IMG/VR virus record: IMGVR_UViG_3300046168_000085
Location: 16,389-80,388 of that record
DNA from: a virus
DNA length: 64,000 nucleotides
Reading direction: 5' to 3' (one strand)
The notes below the pieces were generated by a model. That model searched no databases. It was not told the origin of the DNA and saw nothing but the letters and a program-made list of their open reading frames with translations. The position numbers were made by a program, and so were the translations under genes. Each line of letters begins with the position of its first letter. The first letter of the stretch is position 1. Below are positions 19,204 through 30,093 of the stretch, one piece after another.

Positions 19204-19455
19204 TTAAACAAAAAAAGAATCGTTTACTTTTTTATTTGATGTAACTCCACACTGAGATGTTTCGTAATACCACTTCTCAAGACGTTCAACTAATTCTTTT
19301 TTCGTTCCACCAATTTTAAGTTTATGCTTTTTGCACATCTCTTTTAATTTTGAAAGTGGCAAATGCTTGTATCCTCGTTTATCTACCGACTCATCGTATT
19401 GAACATGGTTCATTTTATTTTTGAGTATTTCTCCTGCTTTTGTGTCTTCCGTCAA
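19204..19455 (-). CDS. SAP-domain (helix-extension-helix) nucleic-acid-binding protein
   Basis: LPLSKLKEMCKKHKLKIGGTKKELVERL fits the SAP consensus. Confidence 0.75.
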   Translation of the reverse strand: MTEDTKAGEILKNKMNHVQYDESVDKRGYKHLPLSKLKEMCKKHKLKIGGTKKELVERLEKWYYETSQCGVTSNKKVNDSFFV

Positions 19456-19697
19456 AATATTTCCAAATTCTTTACTATCGTCTGTTCCAATGCATGGATA
19501 CTGAAGTTTCCTTGTGCTTTTATTACATATGTTGCGTGACCTTTTGGGTTCATTCCCACTTCATCCCAAGTTTGCTCAACAATGTGACCAACTCGTTTTG
19601 ATCCAGCAAACACGAAAACGACTGTATCATTTATTTTATATAAATGTCGTTTAGGATAATTTTTTCGTTTACCCCTACGTTTCATTGAAACTAACAC
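19452..19697 (-). CDS. Hypothetical protein
   Basis: ORF track. Confidence 0.5.
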   Translation of the reverse strand: MLVSMKRRGKRKNYPKRHLYKINDTVVFVFAGSKRVGHIVEQTWDEVGMNPKGHATYVIKAQGNFSIHALEQTIVKNLEIF

Positions 19698-19703
19698 AAC
19701 AAT

Positions 19704-20234
19704 TTAATTTGGTAGGATCAAACCATCAGTTGACGGTATATCAACCACTCGTTCTTCGGGATCAGTTTTTGGTTCGTCTGCACTGAGCCTTGATATACGA
19801 GTTCTCCAGTCTGCGTCTTCTCCGTTGTATTCATCGATAATATCACGAAGATGTTCAAGGTAATCACTTGGCCAGGAATTATAGTCAACTGATGTTTCTG
19901 TAATTGGGAATGGTTGCATTGGTTTATCTGCAAATAAATCTATATCATTTTCAGTGTACATAGTGTTTGCAAAATTTTCATCTAACTTTCCGAATACATC
20001 TTCGTATCTATCTTGTAAATAATTCATTTTTTTATCATACTCATAATTTACATCAATGTAAATACTTGTTGTATTGTCCGTGCAACTTTCTGTTTCAAAA
20101 TTTTCAGGTTCATATCCAGGAGCATACTCAAGGTGAAGACCAGTTTCGTCAATAGCCCACCACTCAGTCCATTCCGGGCAAGAAAGTATCTCGTTCGGTT
20201 GGTTCATTTCAAAAATTAGATCATCCATTGTCAT
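19704..20234 (-). CDS. Hypothetical acidic protein
   Basis: ORF track; SD-like AAAGG upstream. Confidence 0.6.
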   Translation of the reverse strand: MTMDDLIFEMNQPNEILSCPEWTEWWAIDETGLHLEYAPGYEPENFETESCTDNTTSIYIDVNYEYDKKMNYLQDRYEDVFGKLDENFANTMYTENDIDLFADKPMQPFPITETSVDYNSWPSDYLEHLRDIIDEYNGEDADWRTRISRLSADEPKTDPEERVVDIPSTDGLILPN

Positions 20235-20253
20235 TTTACCTTTCTATATATAT

Positions 20254-21723
20254 TCAACTTTTTTGCCAAACCCACACTGGTTCTCCGAAACTTCCTTCAC
20301 GTTCGTGATACTCGGTGTCCATTTTGCTATCGTCAGTATCTTCCGCAGTTCCGATTCCAAGGCAGTTTGGTCGTTTTGCCATTTCCATTCCAAAGCACTC
20401 TACATAACTTGCATTATTCTTTTTACTAAGATGCTCGTTCATTGGATCACAAATTTTTAACCACTGCTTCCCACCCTTCATACCTTTGCTTGTGGTATTT
20501 ACATCACTTATATTTACCATCAGTAACCCACCTTCTTTTAATGTTGTTAAAACATTATTTAATGCTTTGTGCAAAAAGTCTTTATTCCAACGATCAATAT
20601 TTTTATGACGAACCCAACTTTGTGTGTCATCATAACTATATCGTTCCACGGAAAAATAAGGTGGACTGGTAAATATTAAGTCAACCGAGTCTTTATATTC
20701 TGTCAAATCTGCATCTTCTGCCGGTGAAGGAATGAAATCAGTTTCTTTTTTCTTACCTAACCAGGATTCATAGAATTCTTTTTGTTTATCATATATAGGA
20801 TGATTTTCTGTCCGTGGGTCAATGCCAATATATTTTGTTGCTTTACTTGCATAAAAACCACACAATCTGTCACCCCAACCCATGCTAAAATCTAATACAA
20901 CTTGTGCATCTCTATACTTTTCTGGTTCGTTAGTTTTTTTATCCAATATTATTTTATCATCTTCATCAGTTTTATGATGAGTTGGTACATTATCTCTAAA
21001 TTTCTTTAGTAATGAATCAGGATAAAACTGATAAATTAATTTTGCGACATTGGGTTTGAATTGACTGCAAATGTATTTACGCAATCCTATACTTGTTCTT
21101 AAAGTAGATTTATCAACTTTTTCTGCTTTTAATGTAAACAAACTTCCCATTAAACTTGTCATGAATTCTTTGCTATTCCATGTACGCAAGGGTCCAGGTG
21201 ATACACTTCCATCTACACTCCAACGATTTTCTTGCTGAAAATAGTTACTTGCTTTATTACCTTTATTGTTTCTTTTTAAGATACGATCACTTAAAGGAAA
21301 TTTTTTTGAATATACAGACCTAGCAAACCAAGGAGTTTCTGTGAATAAAGAATCTTGTCTTTGTTTTTTTACTATGCTAGAACTTTTTTCGTGTTTTTCT
21401 TTTTGCTCATTCGTCATTTCAAACGATTCGTAAAAAGATGTATTTACACTCTTCGCCTCTTCCGTAGTTTCGTTTAAATCTTTGTATGTGAATTTTTCCA
21501 ATAAATGAAAATCTTTTTCTGCTTCGTATGGACAGATCTCCATATACGGAAGATCATATTGCATTAAAATTTCTGCAAGAGTTTCTTTTATATCTTCTTT
21601 GTCGTACTTCTCTTTTAATCGTGTCCAATTTACTGGATCAATTTCATAATAAGGTTTTACTAGTTTTCCCTCGGAATCTTTATATTCTTCTTTTATATAA
21701 TTTTTAAACTCTTCAATAATCAT
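20254..21723 (-). CDS. Amino (N4C/N6A) DNA methyltransferase
   Basis: SAM-binding VLDFSMGWGDRL, YIGIDP, catalytic FTSPPYF. Confidence 0.85.
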   Translation of the reverse strand: MIIEEFKNYIKEEYKDSEGKLVKPYYEIDPVNWTRLKEKYDKEDIKETLAEILMQYDLPYMEICPYEAEKDFHLLEKFTYKDLNETTEEAKSVNTSFYESFEMTNEQKEKHEKSSSIVKKQRQDSLFTETPWFARSVYSKKFPLSDRILKRNNKGNKASNYFQQENRWSVDGSVSPGPLRTWNSKEFMTSLMGSLFTLKAEKVDKSTLRTSIGLRKYICSQFKPNVAKLIYQFYPDSLLKKFRDNVPTHHKTDEDDKIILDKKTNEPEKYRDAQVVLDFSMGWGDRLCGFYASKATKYIGIDPRTENHPIYDKQKEFYESWLGKKKETDFIPSPAEDADLTEYKDSVDLIFTSPPYFSVERYSYDDTQSWVRHKNIDRWNKDFLHKALNNVLTTLKEGGLLMVNISDVNTTSKGMKGGKQWLKICDPMNEHLSKKNNASYVECFGMEMAKRPNCLGIGTAEDTDDSKMDTEYHEREGSFGEPVWVWQKS

Positions 21724-21767
21724 TTTACTATTATTATATAAACTAAGATATTAGTCAAACTCAAAAA

Positions 21768-23120
21768 TTAGCACTCAGTTACATTTACTGCCAATCCACC
21801 TTTACTTGTTTCTTTGTATTTGCTTTTCATATCAGCACCAGTTGCTTTCATTGTTTTTATTACGTCATCCAATGAAATTTTTGTATCGTTTTCATTAAGC
21901 ATTGCCATACGACTTGCATTAATTGCCTTTCCAACTCCAATTGCATTTCGTTCTATACATGGTATTTGTACAAGTCCTGCAACAGGATCACAAGTTAATC
22001 CTAAATTATGCTCCATAGCAATTTCGGCCGCATTTTCTACTTGCTTTAAAGTTCCTCCTACAATTTCAGTTAATGCACCGGCTGCCATACTACAAGCAAC
22101 TCCCACTTCTCCTTGGCATCCTACTTCTGCACCTGATAAACTTGCATTCATTTTGTATAACATAGCAATTACTCCAGCCGTTAATAAAAACTTGATTTCC
22201 CAATCTTCTGATTTTTCGTGGACATACTCTTTAATATACATCATTGTTGCGGGAATAATACCAGATGCTCCGTTGGTAGGAGCAGTAACAACACGATTCA
22301 TAGCTGCGTTTTCTTCGTTAACCGCAATCGCACAAATGCTTGAATAATCAAGAAATGCTTGATTATCAAGTTCATTGTTTTTAAGAAAGTTTTCGTACAT
22401 AATCGCAGCTCTTCGTTCTACATTTATTGTACCAGGAAGCATACCTTGAGTTGTTAATCCTCTGTCTACGCATTCTTGCATTATTCTCCATATTCTGCGT
22501 AATTCTGTTTTGGTTGTTTTTTCTTTTCTGAAACACTTTTCATTTTCCAACACCACATCAGATATTTTCAAATTACGATTTTCTGCGATAGTAAATAATT
22601 CTTCCGCACAAGAAAATTCATTGGTGAGTTTTCTTTTGGAAGTTTTAACTTTATTCTTTTTTGCGTTACTTTCTGTTACCACAAAACCACCACCAATGCT
22701 ATAATACATTCTCGTAGCAACTTCTTTACTTTTTGTATAAGCATAAAACTTTATTCCATTGGGATGATACGGAAGTTTTTTCTTTTTGTTGAAAATTATA
22801 TCATTCTGCGTGAATTTAATTTTACGAATGCCACCGAGTTTTATTTCTCCGTCAAGAGAATCAACTTCATTTAATTGTTGTTGTTTTACTTGATCCGGTG
22901 CATAATTCAATAAACCGAGTTGAATTGCAATCGGAGTTCCGTGACCTTCACCTGTTAATGCAAGTGAACCAAACAACTCAATTTTGATTGAATCGACTTC
23001 ACCAAATACTTTTTTGTGTTTCAAAAAAGAAACAAACTTTCTTGATGCTTGGATAGGACCTGTGGTGTGTGAACTTGAAGGACCTATTCCAATTTTGAAA
23101 AAGTCAAGAACACTATACAT
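21768..23120 (-). CDS. sdaA: L-serine ammonia-lyase, Fe-S dependent, single chain
   Basis: FKIGIGPSSSHTTGP, GSLALTGEGHGT, YSIGGGFV, VVTAPTNGA, GAEVGCQGEVG, EHNLGLTCDPVAGLVQIPCIERN, YKETSKGGLAV. Confidence 0.97.
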   Translation of the reverse strand: MYSVLDFFKIGIGPSSSHTTGPIQASRKFVSFLKHKKVFGEVDSIKIELFGSLALTGEGHGTPIAIQLGLLNYAPDQVKQQQLNEVDSLDGEIKLGGIRKIKFTQNDIIFNKKKKLPYHPNGIKFYAYTKSKEVATRMYYSIGGGFVVTESNAKKNKVKTSKRKLTNEFSCAEELFTIAENRNLKISDVVLENEKCFRKEKTTKTELRRIWRIMQECVDRGLTTQGMLPGTINVERRAAIMYENFLKNNELDNQAFLDYSSICAIAVNEENAAMNRVVTAPTNGASGIIPATMMYIKEYVHEKSEDWEIKFLLTAGVIAMLYKMNASLSGAEVGCQGEVGVACSMAAGALTEIVGGTLKQVENAAEIAMEHNLGLTCDPVAGLVQIPCIERNAIGVGKAINASRMAMLNENDTKISLDDVIKTMKATGADMKSKYKETSKGGLAVNVTEC

Positions 23121-24970
23121 TATTCAAGAAACTTGAATGTACCACCTAGAATTTTCTTTGCGAAAGAATAATTCTTTTTGTCGTTATTGTTGCTCATTCC
23201 ACTAAAGTTGTTTTTGATTTTGATTTTTGCTTCACTAAAAACCACATCCATCAACTCAAGATATTCAGCTGCTTTTTCAGGATCATCTTTGATCATGCTA
23301 TCAATACGTAATGCACACGCAGATATTACAAACAACTCAGTTCCAATTTCAGTCAAACGACCAAGAAGCATTTGTTGTTTGTCTAATGAAGGACCGTATC
23401 GTGCCATTGAGTGAAATAGTTTTCTGCTTAATTTCTTGCTTGTTCTTGAAACATAAAGAAGATACTTTTTGACTGCTCCATTTACTCCCGTGGGTCCTGA
23501 ATTGAAAGTTGGTAACCATTGTTTTGGATACCAAGTTGCATAGTGTATTCCTGCTCCGATAGCTGCCTTTAAACGAACCATCAATGGAAGACGTGAATCA
23601 AGAACTGCTCCGGCTGCTTTAAGATGTGGATCAAGTGCTTCACGTGCCAAAAGCAAACGCATAATTTCACTTGAACCTTCAAAGATCATATTGATACGAC
23701 AATCACGAAGAAATCTTTCCACAGGAATTGGATCAGAACCACGATTGCGAAGTGAGTCAGCAGTTTCGTAACCACGACCACCACGTATTTGCATCGTTTC
23801 GTCTGCTACTTTCCATGCTTCTTCTGTTCCCCACATTTTACACATTGCAGATTCCACACGAATATCTGCTTTTTTACCATCCACTAAACTTGATGTAAAA
23901 AGAACGATACTTTCAGTTGCGAAATTCTTGGCCGCAATCTTAGCAATTTTATCACCAATTGCTTGGTGTTTACCAATAGCACATCCCCACTGTTCACGTG
24001 ATGAACCCCACTCACGACAAATCTTTAAGCAACTACGCATAAGTCCCACACAAGCAGCCGGTAATGTAAGACGACCTGTATTCAATGTGCTAAGTGCAAC
24101 CTTGAGTCCTTTGCCTTCTCCTGCTACCAAATTCTCCACAGGTATCTTTACATCGGTAAATCTTACAACACCATTATACAATGCTTTAAGACCCATAAAA
24201 CGACATCGAGTAACTACTTCTACACCAGGTGTATCCATATCAAGAATAAATGCCGAAATGCTTTTACGCATTTTGCCTTTAATTTCTGTATCAGGTGTTC
24301 TTGCCATTACAATAATAACACTTGCTTTTACTCCATTTGTACACCAAAGTTTTTCTCCGTTTAAAACATAATGAGTTTTATCTTCTGATAACTCTGCGTA
24401 AACCGTCATTTGTGCAGGATCACTTCCTACAGTTTCTTCAGTCAACGCAAACGCACTAATTTCTCCTTTACCAAAACGAGGAAGATGCTTTTTCTTTTGT
24501 TCGTCTGTTCCGTAAAGTAACAATGGTTGAGGAACTCCGATACTTTGATGTGCTGATACTAACGCAGTTATATTTCCGCACACTTCACCCAACTTCATAG
24601 CCGCACGTGAATAATTTGTTTGTGATAAACCACGACCACCATATTCCGTTGGAATTTTAATTGCGAATGCACCAATCTTTGCAAGTTCTTTAAATACTTC
24701 ATCAGGAATTTCACCTTCACGATCAATTGCGTCTGCATCTACATACTTGTCTAACACATCACCCAATTCATTCAAGAAAATATCTCCTTTTGCTTTGTCT
24801 TCTGCTTTTTGTTTCGGAAATGGATAAATCAAATCATAATTTGCTTCACCTGTAAACAAACCACCACTAAAACTTTTTGTTCCTTTTTTTCCTTTATCAC
24901 GTGCAGCCTCGGCTGCTTCCAAGGCATCTGCTTTACCCTTGGACATTTTTGAAGTATCTATTTCACTCAT
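23120..24970 (-). CDS. fadE: Acyl-CoA dehydrogenase (long-chain, VLCAD-like)
   Basis: SAHQSIGVPQP, AFALTE..GSD, LNGEKLWCTNG, MQIRGGRGYE, RINMIFEGSSEI. Confidence 0.93.
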   Translation of the reverse strand: MSEIDTSKMSKGKADALEAAEAARDKGKKGTKSFSGGLFTGEANYDLIYPFPKQKAEDKAKGDIFLNELGDVLDKYVDADAIDREGEIPDEVFKELAKIGAFAIKIPTEYGGRGLSQTNYSRAAMKLGEVCGNITALVSAHQSIGVPQPLLLYGTDEQKKKHLPRFGKGEISAFALTEETVGSDPAQMTVYAELSEDKTHYVLNGEKLWCTNGVKASVIIVMARTPDTEIKGKMRKSISAFILDMDTPGVEVVTRCRFMGLKALYNGVVRFTDVKIPVENLVAGEGKGLKVALSTLNTGRLTLPAACVGLMRSCLKICREWGSSREQWGCAIGKHQAIGDKIAKIAAKNFATESIVLFTSSLVDGKKADIRVESAMCKMWGTEEAWKVADETMQIRGGRGYETADSLRNRGSDPIPVERFLRDCRINMIFEGSSEIMRLLLAREALDPHLKAAGAVLDSRLPLMVRLKAAIGAGIHYATWYPKQWLPTFNSGPTGVNGAVKKYLLYVSRTSKKLSRKLFHSMARYGPSLDKQQMLLGRLTEIGTELFVISACALRIDSMIKDDPEKAAEYLELMDVVFSEAKIKIKNNFSGMSNNNDKKNYSFAKKILGGTFKFLE

Positions 24971-24972
24971 TG

Positions 24973-27063
24973 TTATTTATCCTCGTAGAATTTTTTGTTT
25001 GTTTTTGCGTATTCAAGAAGCATATCACACGGAGTAAAGTATGCATCTTTTTTTGCTAGTTCTTGTAATTTTTGAACAACTTTTAATGCTCCTAAATTAT
25101 CAAGATACGAAATTGGTCCTCCACGAAATGGAGCCCATCCAGTTCCCATTATCATTCCAAAGTCTACATCCTTTGGACTATTTACAACTTCTTCTTGTAA
25201 ACAACGAACTGCTTCGTTAACCATAATTAAAATTAAACGATCAACAATTTCTTCATCTGCAATTTCTTGATTTATATAAGCAGATTGGATTGCTGATGTA
25301 GGTAACTTAGAACTTACACCTGTTGATTTTCCATTTGTATATTTGTAAAATCCACGACCACTTTTTTTACCTACATCTTTGTTGTCGATCATTAACTTCA
25401 AAAACTCTGATTTAGGAAAATTAGTTTCAAGACGATTCAGCAGATCATCTGCGACGTGTTGACATACATCCCCTCCTACTTCATCAATTAAACGAAACGG
25501 TCCCATTGGCATTCCAAACTTACGCAACAACTTATCGACTCGTTCAATGTCTGCACCACACGAAACCATATAAACTGCTTCAATCAAATATGGCATAAGA
25601 ATTCTATTAACAAGAAATCCAGGTGAATCTTTTACCACCACAGGAAGTTTACCTGTCTTTTTAACAAACTGAGTTGCTTTTAAAACGGTTTCCTCGGAGG
25701 TACATTCTCCACGAACCACTTCCACTAATTTCATTTTGTGAACAGGATTAAAATAATGTATTCCGACCACTCGTTCTTTATGTTGCATTTTTTCTGCGAC
25801 ATCTACAATACTAAGTGCTGATGTGTTTGTTGCAAGAATTGTATCATCACGAACAAGTGTTTCAAGTTCCGCAAATAAATCCTGCTTGATTTCAAGTTGC
25901 TCAATCGCAGCTTCTACTACTAAATCAACACTTTTCATTGGCATAGATTCGGTGATAGGTGTAACATTATCAAACTTACTTGATGCTTCTGCTTTAGTCA
26001 TCACTCGTTTGCTTACAGCTGCTGAGTACAATTTACTTATGCTTGCAATTCCTTTTGCTACAAACTCTGGTTTAATATCCTTGAGCAATACTTTGATTCC
26101 TCTTGAACTAATCCATTGTGCAATACCTGCACCCATCACTCCTGCTCCTATAACCGCAGTATTTTTTACTTTAAAGTCTTTGTCACTTTTTGTTTTCTTG
26201 CTTCGTTCTTGTAAAAAGAATATGTTCACCAAATTGTTTGCTACATCTGAAGTAAGAAGTTCTGCAAATGCTTTTTGTTCAAGTTTAAGTGATTCTTCAC
26301 GACTTACACCAAGACCTTTCACCATAACATCAATTGCTTTCAACGGAGCAGGATAAACGCCACCTGTTGTTTTAATAACATTTTTGGTTGCTTTGCTTTT
26401 TGCGATATACTTCAACGGAAAACGATTTAATAAATGAGACTTGTATTTCTTTTTTCCATTTAGTAACATTGCTTTTGCAGATGCTTCCAAATTTTCTTTG
26501 TATACCGCACGATCAATCATTCCAAGTTTAAGTGCCAACTTTGGAACAACCACTTTACCTGCTAGAATAATTCCCATTGCTCCAGGTAACCCAATCATTC
26601 TTGGTAAACGAGTTGATCCACCCCAAGCAGGAAGAATTCCAAGCATCGTTTCTGGTAAACCAATTTTAGTTGCTGAATCTAATGTTGCAACACGATGATC
26701 ACACGCAAGTGCAAGTTCATATCCACCACCCAAACACGCACCGTGAATTGCAGCCACAGTTACACACGACAAATCCTCAATACGATCAAATGTATGCTGA
26801 CCAAGTTTTACTAAATAAGAAATTCTTTCAGGTGTAGGATCATCTGCGAATGATTTCAAATCCGCACCTGCGATGAATATACTTGGTTTAGCACTTTGAA
26901 ATACCACTCCTTTGATCGTCTTACTGCTATCTTCTATAAAATCAAGATGATCATTTAATTCTGCAAACATATTTTCATCAAACACGTTAGCAATTGAATT
27001 TTCTTGATCAAATGTTATTGTAACAACATCATTTAATTGTTCTAGTTTAATTGACTTGCTCAT
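24973..27063 (-). CDS. fadB: Multifunctional enoyl-CoA hydratase / 3-hydroxyacyl-CoA dehydrogenase (FadB/FadJ)
   Basis: FIAGAD, GACLGGGYELALAC, GLPETMLGILP, GAGVMGAGIA, NTSAL, GIHYFNPV, DSPGFLVNR, FRGGP. Confidence 0.95.
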   Translation of the reverse strand: MSKSIKLEQLNDVVTITFDQENSIANVFDENMFAELNDHLDFIEDSSKTIKGVVFQSAKPSIFIAGADLKSFADDPTPERISYLVKLGQHTFDRIEDLSCVTVAAIHGACLGGGYELALACDHRVATLDSATKIGLPETMLGILPAWGGSTRLPRMIGLPGAMGIILAGKVVVPKLALKLGMIDRAVYKENLEASAKAMLLNGKKKYKSHLLNRFPLKYIAKSKATKNVIKTTGGVYPAPLKAIDVMVKGLGVSREESLKLEQKAFAELLTSDVANNLVNIFFLQERSKKTKSDKDFKVKNTAVIGAGVMGAGIAQWISSRGIKVLLKDIKPEFVAKGIASISKLYSAAVSKRVMTKAEASSKFDNVTPITESMPMKSVDLVVEAAIEQLEIKQDLFAELETLVRDDTILATNTSALSIVDVAEKMQHKERVVGIHYFNPVHKMKLVEVVRGECTSEETVLKATQFVKKTGKLPVVVKDSPGFLVNRILMPYLIEAVYMVSCGADIERVDKLLRKFGMPMGPFRLIDEVGGDVCQHVADDLLNRLETNFPKSEFLKLMIDNKDVGKKSGRGFYKYTNGKSTGVSSKLPTSAIQSAYINQEIADEEIVDRLILIMVNEAVRCLQEEVVNSPKDVDFGMIMGTGWAPFRGGPISYLDNLGALKVVQKLQELAKKDAYFTPCDMLLEYAKTNKKFYEDK

Positions 27064-27064
27064 T

Positions 27065-28312
27065 TTATTCTCTTTCCAAAATTATTGCACCACCTTGGCC
27101 ACCACCAATACAAAGTGAAATTAATGCTCGTTTACCACCACGACGTTCAAGTTCCTTCAAAGTTGTAAGTGCAATACGTGAACCACTTGAACCAACTGGA
27201 TGACCAAGAGCAATTGCTCCTCCATTGACATTCAATTTGGCAAAATCAACTTCACCCAAGTTTGTGGTTTTTTTCAGTTGCTTGCAAACCGCAAGAACTT
27301 GGGCAGCGAATGCTTCGTTGATTTCAATTAAATCAAAGTCATCAAGTTTATATCCAGTTTCTTCGCATACTTTCTGAATCGCATAAACTGGTCCTAATCC
27401 CATTCTTTCAGGGATCACATCCTGCATATGCGTATGCGGAAATTCTACCCAATGGATTCCAATTGTTTTGCTTAACTGCATTTCATCTGCAATCAACAAT
27501 GACACTGCTCCGTCTGTAATTTGCGATGCGTTGCCCGCAGTTACAGTTCCTTGTTTGCGATCAAATACAGGTTTAAGTTTTTCCAACGCACCCATACTTT
27601 GCTCACCACGAATTCCATTGTCTGCATCAACGAATGTTCCGTCTGCGAAATAAAATGGGGAAATCTCAGATGACATTTTTTCTATTGCCACAAATGCTTT
27701 CAAATGAGATTCTAATGCAAACTTATCTTGATGATATCGTGTTACTCCACTTTCTCTTGCGATCAATTCAGCAGTTTCACCCATATTCATTCCAACCGTG
27801 ATATCACTCAATCCTAATCGTAAACTGATTATAGGTGCGAAGTCTTTTGGACGGAAACTCAATATCGTATGAAGACGATCACGAAATGTTCTACACTTAC
27901 TTAACTTGGTAAATTTATCAACTGCACTTGAACGATATAAAAATGGTGCTTGTGTCATATTCTCCGTTCCCCCACTTAAATAAACACTTCCACGATCAGC
28001 ATTAATTTTATCAGATGCTTGTGTAATTGATTCAAAACCACTTGCACAATTACGATGAACCGTATAAGCAGGAACACTCTTGGGTACTCCCGATTTAAGT
28101 GAAATTACACGTGTGATGTTTGCGGTGTCTGCTGGTTGACATACACAACCCATTACACTTTCGTCAATTACATCGGGATTCAAATCCATCTTTGCAAACA
28201 ATGCTTTTGTTGCAGAAACTCCGAGGTCTGCAGCTGATGTTTTAGCAAAGGTCGTACCCATTTTACAAAAAGGAGTCCGAGTACCATCTACAAGATATAC
28301 ATTTTTTTTCAT
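27065..28312 (-). CDS. fadA: 3-ketoacyl-CoA thiolase (FadA/FadI), with a compensating indel pair at about 27410-27485
   Basis: RTPF, NCASG, TAGNASQITDGA, NEAFAAQ, GGAIALGHPVG, LCIGGGQG; alternate frame restores PLGRISAYAYAGCDPERMGLGP. Confidence 0.95.
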   Translation of the reverse strand: MKKNVYLVDGTRTPFCKMGTTFAKTSAADLGVSATKALFAKMDLNPDVIDESVMGCVCQPADTANITRVISLKSGVPKSVPAYTVHRNCASGFESITQASDKINADRGSVYLSGGTENMTQAPFLYRSSAVDKFTKLSKCRTFRDRLHTILSFRPKDFAPIISLRLGLSDITVGMNMGETAELIARESGVTRYHQDKFALESHLKAFVAIEKMSSEISPFYFADGTFVDADNGIRGEQSMGALEKLKPVFDRKQGTVTAGNASQITDGAVSLLIADEMQLSKTIGIHWVEFPHTHMQDVIPERMGLGPVYAIQKVCEETGYKLDDFDLIEINEAFAAQVLAVCKQLKKTTNLGEVDFAKLNVNGGAIALGHPVGSSGSRIALTTLKELERRGGKRALISLCIGGGQGGAIILERE

Positions 28313-28394
28313 AACCGTTACATTATATATATCACAATTTTATACATATCGTCAACTATATAACGAACAATATACATAAATGGTTTATATTAAT

Positions 28395-28589
28395 TTATGA
28401 AAAAAACTTTGAAAGCAAGTGAATCCATATTCCGATTGAATCCACAACCACAAAATAAAACGCAAGAGCAGCCAACCAATACATTTTTCTGCCGACAAAA
28501 AAGATGATACTTAAAAAATTAACAATCGCAAAAACAACAAATCCCCAACCAATCAATTCTGGAAAAGGAAGTATTCCTCCTCCGATCAT
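28395..28589 (-). CDS. Small membrane protein (5' end probably extends to about 28643 across an indel)
   Basis: Hydrophobic throughout. Confidence 0.5.
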   Translation of the reverse strand: MIGGGILPFPELIGWGFVVFAIVNFLSIIFFVGRKMYWLAALAFYFVVVDSIGIWIHLLSKFFS

Positions 28590-28606
28590 TCCAAGAATTG
28601 CAATGA

Positions 28607-29708
28607 CTATTTCAAATTGTTTGCTGTGTGTTTGCTTCTGCCATTTCTAAATCCAAGTTTATTTAACTCTTCAAGCAACACATCTGAAATTTCAATTCCG
28701 TTTTTATGAACATCAATAGATGTATTATATTCAGTTTCTCCTGGAACTAAAACTTCTTCACCTCGTTTACTTTTGCTTGATTTTATTTCACGCATCACAT
28801 CACCAACATTTTTTTTGAAATCTTTAAGTCCGCAAAGTTTTCTGGATCAATGCAAATAAAGAAATGACCAATATCATAATTTGGATTTTTGTATTTCCTT
28901 CATACAAGTCCACTTAGTTTGCTCATATAAGCACCACTTTGAAATGCCGAACACATAAGTTCTATTGCAATACTTAAACCAGAACCTTTGTGTCCTCCAT
29001 CTGGTGTCAACGCCGCAATTCCTTGTTTTAACCAACGCAATGATCTTTCAAATGTTAGATTTTGATTTTCAGAAACTATCGCACAATTAGGAACATAGTT
29101 GTCTGGTGTTTTTCTTGCCATTACTTCCAAATCACCTCTTTGATAAACTGATGTTGCACAATCAATACTAAACGGATATTTTTCATCAGATGGAAATGCT
29201 ATTGCGTATGGATTCGTACCCATCTTTGGTTCTACTCACCATGAGGAGCAACCGCAGGTCGTGCGTTTGTAAAACTCATTCCCACTAAATTATGCTGAGT
29301 TGCATAACGACTATAATAACTTGCAATTCCGTAATGTGAGGAATTTCTAACCGCAACACAACTAATTCCATGTTCTTGAGTTTTTGCAATTGCTTGGTTC
29401 ATTGCATACTTGCCAACGATTTGTCCAAGTGCATTGTGACCATCAATAGTTACACAGGCTTTGTTGTCACGAACAATCTCGGGAGTTGCATTTACATCGA
29501 TTACACCATCTTGAATTCGTTTTATATAATAACTAAGTCTGCTTAATCCGTGTGATTTAAATCCAAGTTCGTCAGCACTTAATAATACATCAGCACATAC
29601 ACTTGAATATTTGCTTGGTACTTTGTTTTTTTCAAATACCCACTTCGCAAACGCAATTGCATCTTTAAGTTTTATTTTCACTTTGCTCTTTCGATTTTCT
29701 AATTTCAC
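28607..29708 (-). CDS. Ldh2-family (malate/L-lactate/sulfolactate/DpkA-like) NAD(P)-dependent oxidoreductase, split by indels
   Basis: ADELGFKSHGLSRL, VRNSSHYG, FTNA.P.VAP, MGTNPYAIA, GGHKGSGL, VLVPGE across 3 listed ORFs. Confidence 0.85.
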
Positions 29709-30075
29709 GTGCTTTTCTGATTTTCCTACGCATATACGGTTTCAGAAAATAATGACCAATGAATCCCTTGATAGTTGGTTTACCCACTTGCACTCTTAGT
29801 TTATTTTCATAACGAGTCATTGGACAATCTAATACTCTTGAAAAGGAAATTAATATAATAAACGAACACAAAGGCAAACATACATACCACGGAAATCCAA
29901 ACGGTGTTAAACCCTGAAATGCAAGAATGAAAAATGCACTAAAGTTACCAATTACAACCACCCAATGCAATAGAACTACAATCAGTAGTTTAAGATGCCT
30001 TAAAGGATTGGTTGGCAAAAATCTAAGAAACCGTTTTTCGTCAGAAGGTTCTGTTATGTTTTCATCGTTCTCCAT
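29665..30075 (-). CDS. Membrane protein, DUF2784-like
   Basis: Two TM segments followed by CPMTRYENKLR...GFIGHY. Confidence 0.6.
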   Translation of the reverse strand: MENDENITEPSDEKRFLRFLPTNPLRHLKLLIVVLLHWVVVIGNFSAFFILAFQGLTPFGFPWYVCLPLCSFIILISFSRVLDCPMTRYENKLRVQVGKPTIKGFIGHYFLKPYMRRKIRKAREIRKSKEQSENKT

Positions 30076-30093
30076 ATAGAATAAATATAAAAA

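Noticed and set aside
10705-29708. Metabolic block as host chromosome (prophage flank or chimera)
   Set aside because: Same strand and similar composition as the phage genes, interleaved with phage-type ORFs and a phage-type methyltransferase, shared promoter motifs, no integrase or att site seen; not fully excluded without reads
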